Shown here in pieces: positions 1 through 8,677 of a stretch of DNA of 45,722 nt. The stretch covers positions 1-45,722 of the forward strand of contig CAWUMW010000001.1 in NCBI GenBank assembly GCA_963923415.1, in the 5' to 3' direction. Within the stretch, counting starts at the first letter, position 1. Every line of letters begins with the position of its first letter. Below the pieces are notes generated by a model, which was given only the letters and a program-made list of their open reading frames with translations, was not told the DNA's origin and searched no databases. The translations under genes were made by a program, and so were the position numbers. Source of the stretch: an uncultured Hyphomicrobiales bacterium (GTDB lineage: Bacteria > Pseudomonadota > Alphaproteobacteria > Rhizobiales > Beijerinckiaceae).

Positions 1-588
1 CTCATCACGACCGATGGATTTCTCTATCCCAACAAAGTTTTAGAAGCCGAAGGATTGATGGACCGCAAAGGCTTTCCGGAAAGTTATGACGGCGCCACAT
101 TGATGCGGTTCTTATCTGAGGTCAAAGCCGGCAAAGCACATGTCGAAGCACCGGTTTATTCGCATCTGGTTTATGATGTCATACCGCAAGAATTTATCTC
201 CGTCGATCGACCCGATATTTTAATCGTTGAAGGGTTGAATGTGTTGCTGCCGGGCCGCAATCCAAAAGTTGGCCCGGGTGTTCCGGTCGTGTCTGATTTT
301 TTTGATTTCTCGATTTATCTACATGCCGAAGAGGCTCAATTAGAGCGTTGGTATATTGAACGCTTCATGCGCTTACGCCAAACAGCCTTCCGTGATCCGC
401 GCTCTTATTTTCGTAAATATGCAGAGCTTTCAGATGAGGCGGCAATTCAAACGGCCCAATCTATTTGGAACCGTATTAATCTACCTAACTTGCATGAAAA
501 TATTTTGCCGACCCGTGCGCGGGCAGGGTTGATCCTAACCAAAGGCACAAGCCACCGCATCGAACAAGTCGCTTTACGCAAACTCTAA
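1..588 (+). CDS. coaA: Pantothenate kinase type I, 5'-truncated by window edge
   Basis: Frame 1 is open from nt 1 ([30 protein letters not shown]...[11 protein letters not shown]). This resembles the C-terminal two thirds of type I CoaA; the P-loop would lie upstream of the window. Stop TAA at 586-588. Confidence 0.85.
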   Translation, partial: LITTDGFLYPNKVLEAEGLMDRKGFPESYDGATLMRFLSEVKAGKAHVEAPVYSHLVYDVIPQEFISVDRPDILIVEGLNVLLPGRNPKVGPGVPVVSDFFDFSIYLHAEEAQLERWYIERFMRLRQTAFRDPRSYFRKYAELSDEAAIQTAQSIWNRINLPNLHENILPTRARAGLILTKGTSHRIEQVALRKL

Positions 589-668
589 AAACAACCGCTT
601 GTTCTTTACGCCGCTGCAGATAAAGACATCACACAGATCAAACTGACTAGCTCAACCTGTTGAGAGTC

Positions 669-1670
669 TCATCCCAAAAGTCCATTGGCACGGGCCAGAT
701 CTTTCAAAGAATGATGGGGACGCGCCCCGACATGGCTGATAATTTCACTTGCCGCCAAAGCGCCTAATTTTGCACTGTTTAAAGAGCCTAATCCGCGCGC
801 ATAGCCAAACAAAAATCCAGCCGCAAACAAATCTCCTGCGCCTGTCGTATCAACAACCTCTTCAACTGCAACGGCGGGAGCTTTGATGACCTCGTTGTTT
901 TCGACAATCAAGGCTCCTTGGTCTGAACATGTCACAACGCCTAATATATTTTCCTGCTTCAAAGCGGCTATCGCTGTATCAAGATCTGCAGTTTCGTAAA
1001 GCGCACGCAATTCATGCATATTGGCAAATAAAATATCAATAAAGCCGGTCTTGATCAGCGCTAAAAATTCATCCCGATAGCGATCAACGCAAAAACTATC
1101 GGAAAGCGTTAAAGCCGTTTTCCGACCCCGCGCATGCGCAAGATCCGCTGCATGGCGAAAGGCTAATTTGGCCTCCGGCGGATCCCATAAATAGCCTTCA
1201 AGATAGGTTACAAATGAGGCTTCAACCATAGCCGGATCGATATCAGCCCGGCTCAAGGTTTGGCAGCTGCCTAAATAAGTATTCATAGTGCGCTCGCCAT
1301 CCGGCGTAATTAAAATCAAACATTGAGCGGTTGCTTGGCCTTGCTTGGCTTTCTCGGTTGTAAAGGTAACCCCTGCAGCGCGAATATCATGCGCAAAGGC
1401 TTTGCCATGCGCATCGTCTTTAACTTTACCAATAAAGGCTGATTGTCCTCCGAAAGAAGAAATCCCGACGATCGTATTGGCTGCGGATCCACCTGAGACC
1501 ATGGTTGTCGGACCCATCGCTTGATAAAGCGTTTTTGCGCCTGCTTCATCAATCAGTTGCATCGAGCCTTTATGCAGACCATGCGCGATGAGAAAATCAT
1601 CTTCACACCGGGCCAGAATATCAATGATCGCATTCCCGATTCCTAACGTATCATATTGATGCGTGCTCAC
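669..1670 (-). CDS. PfkB-family carbohydrate/nucleoside kinase (adenosine-kinase-like)
   Basis: 333 aa with GTG start and AAGGAA SD. Contains the ribokinase-family motifs GGSAANT and DTTGAGDLFAAGFL. The specific substrate cannot be read from the sequence. Confidence 0.8.
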   Translation of the reverse strand: MSTHQYDTLGIGNAIIDILARCEDDFLIAHGLHKGSMQLIDEAGAKTLYQAMGPTTMVSGGSAANTIVGISSFGGQSAFIGKVKDDAHGKAFAHDIRAAGVTFTTEKAKQGQATAQCLILITPDGERTMNTYLGSCQTLSRADIDPAMVEASFVTYLEGYLWDPPEAKLAFRHAADLAHARGRKTALTLSDSFCVDRYRDEFLALIKTGFIDILFANMHELRALYETADLDTAIAALKQENILGVVTCSDQGALIVENNEVIKAPAVAVEEVVDTTGAGDLFAAGFLFGYARGLGSLNSAKLGALAASEIISHVGARPHHSLKDLARANGLLG

Positions 1671-1725
1671 GATCTCATTTCCTTTTCTTGATCAGGCCCA
1701 GTGATTCCTGTTGATCGGTGTTGTT

Positions 1726-2130
1726 TCATTCATCCTGCATCAGGTCAAGCTTAGGCTGCTGACCCGGTTCGGCCTTGAGCGCTTCATCCAAAAGATGCGT
1801 CATGCGACGAATGGTTGATGGGTCTAAGTCATGAATATGCAAAGACAACCGATTTGCAAATGCGGTGGCATCAGGGGACAAACCGCTGGTTTTAACAACC
1901 ATTTTCGGATGCGATATATCGGCAAGCCGCATGAGCTCTTCGGCATCATCCCAAATCACATTGAAATAAGCGATGACCCGTTGCACAAACACCCAATTCG
2001 GACGCCCGCGCCGTCCATGTTCAAGCGCAGACAGATAGGTAGGCGTCACCCCGATATCGATGGCCATCTCTTTTAACAAAACACCTCTTTCAGCGCGCAT
2101 CGATCTGAGCTTGGCACCAAAGGGGGTCAT
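1726..2130 (-). CDS. XRE-family helix-turn-helix transcriptional regulator
   Basis: The track ORF 1726..2211 runs into the Smr gene, so I trimmed it to the ATG at 2130 (MTPFGAKLRSMRAERG...). HTH_3-like segment LKEMAIDIGVTPTYLSALEHGRRG. Start lies 4 nt after the Smr stop. Confidence 0.75.
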   Translation of the reverse strand: MTPFGAKLRSMRAERGVLLKEMAIDIGVTPTYLSALEHGRRGRPNWVFVQRVIAYFNVIWDDAEELMRLADISHPKMVVKTSGLSPDATAFANRLSLHIHDLDPSTIRRMTHLLDEALKAEPGQQPKLDLMQDE

Positions 2131-2134
2131 GACG

Positions 2135-2779
2135 TTATCCCTCAGCGCGCTTTTTACGAATCCGAACATAGAGTGCGCCCGATCCGCCTTGATGCGGAGC
2201 CGCTTGTTCAAACCCCATAACCACTGTTCTTAAATCCGGCATTTTCAGCCAGTCCGGAACAAGGCGGCGCAAAACACCCTTACTGTGTTTTTCATCATGC
2301 CATCCATCGGCTTCTGCCATCTTATGCGGAGAATTTCCTTTGCCTGTGACAACTAAAACCAACCGCGCAGAATTATGTTGGCATTGATGCAAGAATCGCC
2401 GCAACCGCTCATGCGCCTCATGCTGGCGTAATCCATGTAAATCAAGCACGGCATCAACCGTGTTTTGACCGCGACTAATCTTGCGGATTATGGGTCGCTC
2501 AATAGGTGCCAGTGGCAAGAGTCGGAAAGCGGGTTGGGGAGCTGGTTGGGGAGCTGACTTGGAGCCTTGTTGCGGAGCGTGTAGCGTGCCACGATCAACC
2601 GCAACCGTTCCTGTTTTCAGTCCAACAGGCTCCGCCGCAGAGGCCTCTAAATTGTGTGGGGCTGTCTCATGCTGATCACTGTTGAGTGATCCGCCCACGG
2701 AAAGTGGCTTAATAGATTTTGTGACATCGCGCCACAGGGCGATTTCACTATGCGTGAGGGGACGAGATCGACGGGCCAT
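2135..2779 (-). CDS. Smr (small MutS-related) domain protein
   Basis: 214 aa. C-terminal Smr signature LDLHGLRQHEAHERLRRFL...LVLVVTGKG. N-terminal part is Pro/Gln-rich low complexity. Confidence 0.85.
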   Translation of the reverse strand: MARRSRPLTHSEIALWRDVTKSIKPLSVGGSLNSDQHETAPHNLEASAAEPVGLKTGTVAVDRGTLHAPQQGSKSAPQPAPQPAFRLLPLAPIERPIIRKISRGQNTVDAVLDLHGLRQHEAHERLRRFLHQCQHNSARLVLVVTGKGNSPHKMAEADGWHDEKHSKGVLRRLVPDWLKMPDLRTVVMGFEQAAPHQGGSGALYVRIRKKRAEG

Positions 2780-2837
2780 AACAACATGTCACGCGCGTTT
2801 GAGATCCTACTTGTTGTTCATACACCCGCAACTCCCC

Positions 2838-3539
2838 TCATGCTGCTGTTGCCGATTCCGTTGCAATCAAATGCCATGCCGGACTTGCGCTCATCGCTTT
2901 GCGTTCAAAGGTCCAAATATCGGTCACATCGACAATTTTATCCGCGGCCCCTTCCACAACCTGACCTGAGGCATTTTTAGTGACCGTGATCAATTTGGAT
3001 GACAATTTAACCGTGATCTGGATCATCTGATCTTTCAGATGCGCATCAACTAGTCCCGCACTATCAATCGCCACAAAGGTTGTGGTCATGACGTCACCAC
3101 GCTTTTCACGCTCGCTGATCGCAGCCTGAAATCCGTCATAAACCACCGGCGAAAGCAATTCTTTCAATCGGGTGCGATCCCCTTGTGCAAAGGCAATCAC
3201 AATCATTTCATAGGCTGCTTTCGCGCCACTGAGAAAATCAACGGCATCAAATTCAGGATCCGCGGCAACAATCTGGTCAAGATCACGCGCCAAGGCAGAC
3301 TGGGGTTCGGCAATTCCCTTCCAGCGATCTTTGGAGGTCACATCTGTCGTCGCAGGCATATCGGAATGGGCGTCGGATTCGGATTGCCCAAAGCTGCGGG
3401 GATCCTGAAAAGGCCGCGGCGGGGGCGTTGCCTCATCATCTTGGCCGGTCCGCATGCCCAACACCGAATAAAGACGCCAGCCGACAAAGGCAGCCATCAC
3501 AAGAAAGACAAATGTACTAAAATCCAGCGAACTATTCAT
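2838..3539 (-). CDS. Tim44-like domain membrane protein
   Basis: 233 aa. N-terminal TM helix (FVFLVMAAFVGWRLY), a disordered linker, then a C-terminal Tim44-like fold (FLSGAKAAYEMIVIAFAQGD...WTFER). This is the typical divergent neighbour of secB in alphaproteobacteria. Confidence 0.8.
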   Translation of the reverse strand: MNSSLDFSTFVFLVMAAFVGWRLYSVLGMRTGQDDEATPPPRPFQDPRSFGQSESDAHSDMPATTDVTSKDRWKGIAEPQSALARDLDQIVAADPEFDAVDFLSGAKAAYEMIVIAFAQGDRTRLKELLSPVVYDGFQAAISEREKRGDVMTTTFVAIDSAGLVDAHLKDQMIQITVKLSSKLITVTKNASGQVVEGAADKIVDVTDIWTFERKAMSASPAWHLIATESATAA

Positions 3540-3862
3540 TGCACTCTCTGCCTATACTCTGAAAATTGTTTGTTGATCTGTATATAGGTTTAATTGTTTC
3601 AAATTGCCAAGTTCGGGACTTCCCTCACACAGCGCCATTTGGTCTGTCGATGACAAGACAGACCCCTGCCTGATCGCTGCAAATTGAAAACATCCATTAA
3701 ATTCAGTGTGTTGGGGTTAACAACGGCCTTTCCTTGCCCTCAAAGCCTCAAAGATGAGACTTTACGACGTCCTGAAAACAAGAATTTTCCATTCAATATC
3801 AATTCCTTATTCTCAAGTCTGAACACCGATTTTCCATCTGTAAGAAATCCTTGTTCAAATGT

Positions 3863-3876
3863 CTATCACGTGATAG
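3863..3876. promoter_or_regulatory. Perfect 14-bp palindrome CTATCACGTGATAG upstream of secB (candidate operator)
   Basis: Read directly from the sequence. It lies 68 nt upstream of the secB ATG in the 404-nt divergent intergenic region. Confidence 0.3.
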
Positions 3877-3943
3877 CCGATTGAATCATGGTATTTTGTA
3901 TGTCGTAAACTTATCATCATTCAAAAACAGGAACATTTTAATC

Positions 3944-4438
3944 ATGGCTGATACTCAATCGGGTCCGCGCATGAGCGAGGCTCCCTCTATTAGTGTTTTA
4001 ACTCAATATATCAAAGACATGTCCTTTGAGAATCCGAATGCCCCGATGTCTCTTGCGCCCCAACAGCAAGCGCCCGGAATTGCGGTTAATGTCAATGTGA
4101 ATGCCCGTGCACTGTCTGAAACGGATTATGAAGTTGAATTAATTTTGTTGTGTCATGCTGGCGACGCCCCGCATCTGTTGTTTCAAATGGAATTGACCTA
4201 TTGCGGCATTTTCCGCTTACAAAATATCCCTGCCGATCAATCTGCCCCTGTGGTGATGATCGAATGCCCGCGCCTTTTGTTCCCGTTTGCGCGCCAAATT
4301 GTCGCTGATTCAGTCCGCAATGGTGGTTTCCCGCCGCTCTATGTGGATCCCATCGACTTTGCTAGCCTGTTCCATGAGCGTCAGCAGGAATTGGCCCAAC
4401 AAGATCTCGCCAACAAGGCTCCGGCCGGTAAGGCTTAA
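3944..4438 (+). CDS. secB: Protein-export chaperone SecB
   Basis: Track ORF starts at a TTG (3851); I trimmed it to the ATG at 3944 (MADTQSGPR...). Conserved LTQYIKDMSFENPNAP and ECPRLLFPFARQIVADSVRNGGFPPL. Confidence 0.95.
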   Translation: MADTQSGPRMSEAPSISVLTQYIKDMSFENPNAPMSLAPQQQAPGIAVNVNVNARALSETDYEVELILLCHAGDAPHLLFQMELTYCGIFRLQNIPADQSAPVVMIECPRLLFPFARQIVADSVRNGGFPPLYVDPIDFASLFHERQQELAQQDLANKAPAGKA

Positions 4439-5151
4439 TGGCGGCCAAAAAAGATACAGGATCCAATCAAACAGGGACGCAAGCGCCCCTGTTTGCATCC
4501 CCGCTGCCGTCACACCCTCCCCCACCCCCTGCCGTTCAAGATTATGAATTGCCCGAGGGGGTTGTTTATTATCCCGGTTATTTTGATGAGTCCGCGCAAT
4601 CTGATTTGGTTGCGCTTTTACGCCATCTTCTGACCGAAGCCCCACTGTTCACACCCCTCATGCCCAAAACGGGCCAACCTTTTTCGGTGCGCATGAGCAA
4701 TTGTGGCCTGTTGGGTTGGGTGTCAGACCGCGCTGGTTATCGCTATCAAGCGCATCACCCCGTCACAGGTCAGGCCTGGCCAGCTCTACCAGCCCCATTG
4801 CTTGATTTATGGAAAGATGTATCGGGTTTCCAAGCCCCACCCGAAGCCTGTCTCATCAATTATTATGCTGATGGCAGCCGCATGGGTTTACATCAAGATC
4901 GAGATGAAGCGTGTTTTGATGCGCCAGTTGTGTCCGTTTCGCTCGGAGATACGGCCGTTTTTCGACTTGGTGGCTTAAAACGAAGCGATCCAACCCGCTC
5001 GCTTCGCCTCTCATCAGGCGATGTCTTCGTTTTCGGAGGTCCAGCGCGGCTCGCTTTTCACGGCATTGACCGCGTGCTGAAAGGCTCATCAAACCTGCTT
5101 AAAAAGGGTGGGCGGATCAATCTAACCCTCCGCCGTGTCACCCCGGTCTAA
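4438..5151 (+). CDS. alkB: Alpha-ketoglutarate/Fe(II)-dependent dioxygenase AlkB (DNA alkylation repair)
   Basis: 237 aa. Collinear with E. coli AlkB from CGLLGW through HQDRDE (HxD), HGI and RINLTLRR. Has a Pro-rich N-terminal extension. The ATG shares one base with the secB TAA (TAATG). Confidence 0.9.
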   Translation: MAAKKDTGSNQTGTQAPLFASPLPSHPPPPPAVQDYELPEGVVYYPGYFDESAQSDLVALLRHLLTEAPLFTPLMPKTGQPFSVRMSNCGLLGWVSDRAGYRYQAHHPVTGQAWPALPAPLLDLWKDVSGFQAPPEACLINYYADGSRMGLHQDRDEACFDAPVVSVSLGDTAVFRLGGLKRSDPTRSLRLSSGDVFVFGGPARLAFHGIDRVLKGSSNLLKKGGRINLTLRRVTPV

Positions 5152-5170
5152 CATGCGCGCTCAAGCCTAA

Positions 5171-5743
5171 TTAGGATTTAGCGCCGCCTTTAGCGACACC
5201 CACCAGCGCGGGACGTAAAACCCGCTCGCCAATCACAAAACCCGATTGAACCACTTGGGTCACTGTTCCAGCGGCCACTGAGGGATCCTCAACTTCAAAC
5301 ATGGCCTGATGAACATTCGGATCAAACCGCTCTCCGGTTGGATCAATTTTGCGAATATGATGCCGCTCCAACGTTTTCAGCAGATCACGCTCGGTCAATT
5401 CGACACCTTCGAGCATCGGCTTGATAGTACCGTCAGCGGCCAACCGAACCTCTTCTGGACAACTATCGAGCGCACGCCGCAAATTATCGGTCACGGTCAA
5501 CATGTCACGGGCAAAATTGGCAACCGCATAGGTCCGCGCATCGGCAATTTCTTTTTCGGTCCGGCGGCGTAAATTCTCCATATCCGCCAATGTCCGCAGG
5601 AGCTTATCCTTTAAAGACTGGTTTTCTTCATGAAGGGCTGCGATCGGATCCGCCCGATCCGGCTCAACAGGCGTTGGGGCGACAGTGTCCTCAGCCGCCG
5701 GCGATGAAGGATTGTTAGCTGCAGGATGTTCGGCCGTGCTCAT
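5171..5743 (-). CDS. grpE: Nucleotide exchange factor GrpE
   Basis: GrpE coiled coil plus beta domain ([14 protein letters not shown]...FDPNVHQAM...[16 protein letters not shown]). The track start at 5755 is GTG; the ATG at 5743 is preferred, but either is possible. Confidence 0.93.
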   Translation of the reverse strand: MSTAEHPAANNPSSPAAEDTVAPTPVEPDRADPIAALHEENQSLKDKLLRTLADMENLRRRTEKEIADARTYAVANFARDMLTVTDNLRRALDSCPEEVRLAADGTIKPMLEGVELTERDLLKTLERHHIRKIDPTGERFDPNVHQAMFEVEDPSVAAGTVTQVVQSGFVIGERVLRPALVGVAKGGAKS

Positions 5744-5789
5744 GGTCTTCCACACTCTTCGTTCATTTCAAGATCGTTGTTAGATGGCG

Positions 5790-5818
5790 ATATCAGGTCT
5801 TTAACCGCAAAATTCAAG
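5790..5818 (-). promoter_or_regulatory. Sigma-32 (RpoH)-like promoter for grpE
   Basis: Minus strand reads CTTGAA-N15-CCTGATAT, close to the heat-shock consensus CTTGAA-N13-17-CCCCATNT. It sits 35-47 nt upstream of the grpE start and downstream of the glnD stop. Confidence 0.5.
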
Positions 5819-5830
5819 ATGGCAATCCGG

Positions 5831-8650
5831 TTAATTTGCAGTTTCGGCCAGGCTTTTTATCTCCTGCCCGCTTTCCAGCACGCTCATGAGGGTTTTTTCA
5901 ATGGTCTGAATGCGGCCAGAATGCACGACTTTGGAGCCGGTCAGATCGGTTACATAAAAGACGTCGACCACCTTTTCACCAAAGGTGGCAATATGGGCCG
6001 AGGTGATATTCAAATTGAGTTTTCCTAAAGCGGTGGTCAATTCATATAGCAAACCGGGCCGGTCGAGCCCCGAAACCTCGACAACCGTTGTCCGGCTCGA
6101 CAGGGCATTATCGATGACAACTTCAGAGAGCACCTGAAATGCCTTATGATTTGAGCGCCGTTTATGATGGGACGCCACCACTTCAGAAATTCGAATATCG
6201 CCTTTCAAGGCTTGCTCAATACTGCGCGCAACCCGGGCTGCGCGACGCAGTTCGTCTTCATCATTTTCAAAAGCCCGCGATACAGAAATACTATCCAGCG
6301 CCATTCCATCTGTGGTTGTAAAAATTTGCGCATCGACAATATTGGCCCCCGCCGCCGCACAGGCCCCTGTAATAATCGCCAGCAAGCGCGGATGGTCAGG
6401 AGCGGTCACGGTCAGTTCGGTAATGCCACGAAATTTATCGGTTGCGACTTCAGTGGCCATAGAATGCATATCGCGCTCTGCTGCCAATAAAAAGCGCGCA
6501 TGACGGGTGCGATGTTCTTGATCCACTTTCAGCCAGTAAGCTGGAAAATGACGTCCAATATAGGCATCAATTTCTGGGTCAGACCAACCAGGTAAACTTT
6601 GTCGGGTCATTTCCTGCGCATATTTAACCCGTTGCGCCCGATCAATGGTTGAATGTCCCCCAGCCAGAATAATTTCTGTTTCCCAAAATAAGGTTCTGAG
6701 CAATTGTCCTTTCCAGCCATTCCAAACGCCTGGTCCAACCGCCATAATATCGCATACGGTTAACACAAGAAGCATCTTCAACCGTTCAAGCGTTTGCACG
6801 ACAGCGGCAAAACTTTCAATCGTTCGAGGATCCGATAAATCCCGGCTTTGCGCGATGGTTGACATATCCAGATGATGTTCAATCAGCCAAGCAACCGATT
6901 CTGTTTCATTATCATTTAGACCTAAGCGTGGGCATAAAACACGCGCGACCCTTTCTCCGGCAATTGAATGATCTTCAGGTCGCCCCTTGGCAATATCATG
7001 TAAGAAAATGGCAACTGCTAAAACTTTACGATTGCGAATAGAGGGTAAGATTTCATGCGCAACGGGCAAATCATCTTTTAGCAATCCTTGATCCAAAGTT
7101 GCTAATATACCCATGGAGCGCAGTAAATGTTCATCAACCGTATAGTGATGATACATATTAAATTGCATCATCGCGACAATGCGCCCAAATTGGGGAATGA
7201 ACCGACCTAATAATCCGGTTTCATTCATACGTCGCAAAAGCGTTTCAGGTGATTTTTTTGAATTGAGAATTTCAACAAATAACCGATTGGCTTCTTCATT
7301 TTTACGCAAATCAGACGTAACCAGTCGCAAAGACTGGGTCACCAACCGTGTAGCATCTGGGTGGATGAAGCGATCAAGCTGATCCGCAAACCAAAACAAA
7401 CGCAATAAATTAACAGGGTCTTTGGCAAAAATTTCAGGCTTTGCGACACTGATCCGATCACCGATTAAAACAAAATCACGCGTATCCGGAATTGCAGCGT
7501 GATGCCGTTTCAGACTTTCAAGCATGCGTTGCAAGATAGGACGTTTTTGCGTATGACGCGTTTGCAAAGCCGAACACACAATCGCTGTTAAATCACCGAC
7601 ATCTTTGGCAACCAAAAAATAACGCTTCATAAAGCGCTCAACGGAGGATAAACCCCCATGGCTTTTATAACCCATGCGTTCAGCAATATTACGCTGCATG
7701 TCAAAGGATAAACGCTCTTCCGCACGACCGGTGGTAAAATGCATGTGGCAACGTACGCGCCACAAAAAATCCTCGCACCGTTCAAATAAACGCAGCTCAT
7801 CCTCATCAAACAAGCCCGCTTGAACGAGTTCTGACGGGAGTTTCACACGATACGCATATTTCGAAATCCAAAACAGCGTATTGAGATCACGCAAGCCCCC
7901 TTTGCCATCTTTCACATTGGGCTCAACCAAATAGCGGGATGTGCCAGCGCGTGTGACACGCTGTTCACGCTCCGCCAATTTGGCTTCAACAAATTCTGCA
8001 GCACTGCCAATGACGATGTCTTTATCAAAACGCGTTTCAAAAGTTTCATAGAGGGGTTTTTGCCCTGTCAAAAACCGTGCTTCTAACAAAGCCGTACGGA
8101 TTGTCATATCCGCTCGTGCTTCTCTTACACATTCTTCAACAGTCCGCGTGGAATGACCCACCTTCAATTTCAAATCCCAAAGCGTATATAAAATAATTTC
8201 AATAACGCTTTCTGACCACGGCGTTGTTTTGTAGGGCAGCAAAAACAACAGATCAATATCTGAACCAGGTGCCAATGTGCCTCGTCCATAACCCCCTACA
8301 GCCGCAACAGACAAATATTCAGCCGTGGAAGGATTGTCTGCAGGATAAAAAAACTGCGTTGCAACCGCATATAAGGATTCAATAATTGCATCCATCACAT
8401 GCGATAAATAATTGGCGCAGCTCAACCCACTTTTTGTTGTCAGAAGAACCTGTTCAGCATGAAGCCGTTCTTGAACCAATCGCTCATTGAGCGCCACGAC
8501 GATGGCTTTGCGCGCCTCATGGGACGAGGCATGCGCTTGCGCAATCGCCATCACGTCGCGTTTTAAAGCAGCAGCATCAAACAAAATTGAAGATGTTTTA
8601 TCGGCTGTTTTCGGGTCGGGGTTCACTGCTGTAGGAATCGCGTGCTCCAT
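5831..8650 (-). CDS. glnD: Bifunctional [protein-PII] uridylyltransferase/uridylyl-removing enzyme
   Basis: About 939 aa. Nucleotidyltransferase motif GGYGRGTLAPGSDIDLLFL, HD domain (FLHDIAKG) and two C-terminal ACT domains. The first codon of the track ORF is TTG; the ATG is at 8650. Confidence 0.95.
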   Translation of the reverse strand: MEHAIPTAVNPDPKTADKTSSILFDAAALKRDVMAIAQAHASSHEARKAIVVALNERLVQERLHAEQVLLTTKSGLSCANYLSHVMDAIIESLYAVATQFFYPADNPSTAEYLSVAAVGGYGRGTLAPGSDIDLLFLLPYKTTPWSESVIEIILYTLWDLKLKVGHSTRTVEECVREARADMTIRTALLEARFLTGQKPLYETFETRFDKDIVIGSAAEFVEAKLAEREQRVTRAGTSRYLVEPNVKDGKGGLRDLNTLFWISKYAYRVKLPSELVQAGLFDEDELRLFERCEDFLWRVRCHMHFTTGRAEERLSFDMQRNIAERMGYKSHGGLSSVERFMKRYFLVAKDVGDLTAIVCSALQTRHTQKRPILQRMLESLKRHHAAIPDTRDFVLIGDRISVAKPEIFAKDPVNLLRLFWFADQLDRFIHPDATRLVTQSLRLVTSDLRKNEEANRLFVEILNSKKSPETLLRRMNETGLLGRFIPQFGRIVAMMQFNMYHHYTVDEHLLRSMGILATLDQGLLKDDLPVAHEILPSIRNRKVLAVAIFLHDIAKGRPEDHSIAGERVARVLCPRLGLNDNETESVAWLIEHHLDMSTIAQSRDLSDPRTIESFAAVVQTLERLKMLLVLTVCDIMAVGPGVWNGWKGQLLRTLFWETEIILAGGHSTIDRAQRVKYAQEMTRQSLPGWSDPEIDAYIGRHFPAYWLKVDQEHRTRHARFLLAAERDMHSMATEVATDKFRGITELTVTAPDHPRLLAIITGACAAAGANIVDAQIFTTTDGMALDSISVSRAFENDEDELRRAARVARSIEQALKGDIRISEVVASHHKRRSNHKAFQVLSEVVIDNALSSRTTVVEVSGLDRPGLLYELTTALGKLNLNITSAHIATFGEKVVDVFYVTDLTGSKVVHSGRIQTIEKTLMSVLESGQEIKSLAETAN

Positions 8651-8677
8651 CAAAGTGGTTTGGACATGACAACAATT

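Noticed and set aside
1726-2779. Smr nuclease plus XRE regulator as a toxin-antitoxin pair.
   Set aside because: Both proteins are larger than typical TA components. The order and the embedding in a housekeeping-looking gene string argue against a mobile TA cassette. I kept it only as a co-regulation question in the findings.
3684-3884. 66-aa TTG-start ORF in the Tim44-like/secB intergenic region.
   Set aside because: No SD, a non-ATG start, and a low-complexity Ser/Asn/Phe-rich sequence. It runs through the palindrome and into the secB promoter area. I treat the region as regulatory.
5756-5830. CIRCE operator (TTAGCACTC-N9-GAGTGCTAA) upstream of grpE.
   Set aside because: No such inverted repeat is present. 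A sigma-32-like promoter is the better reading.
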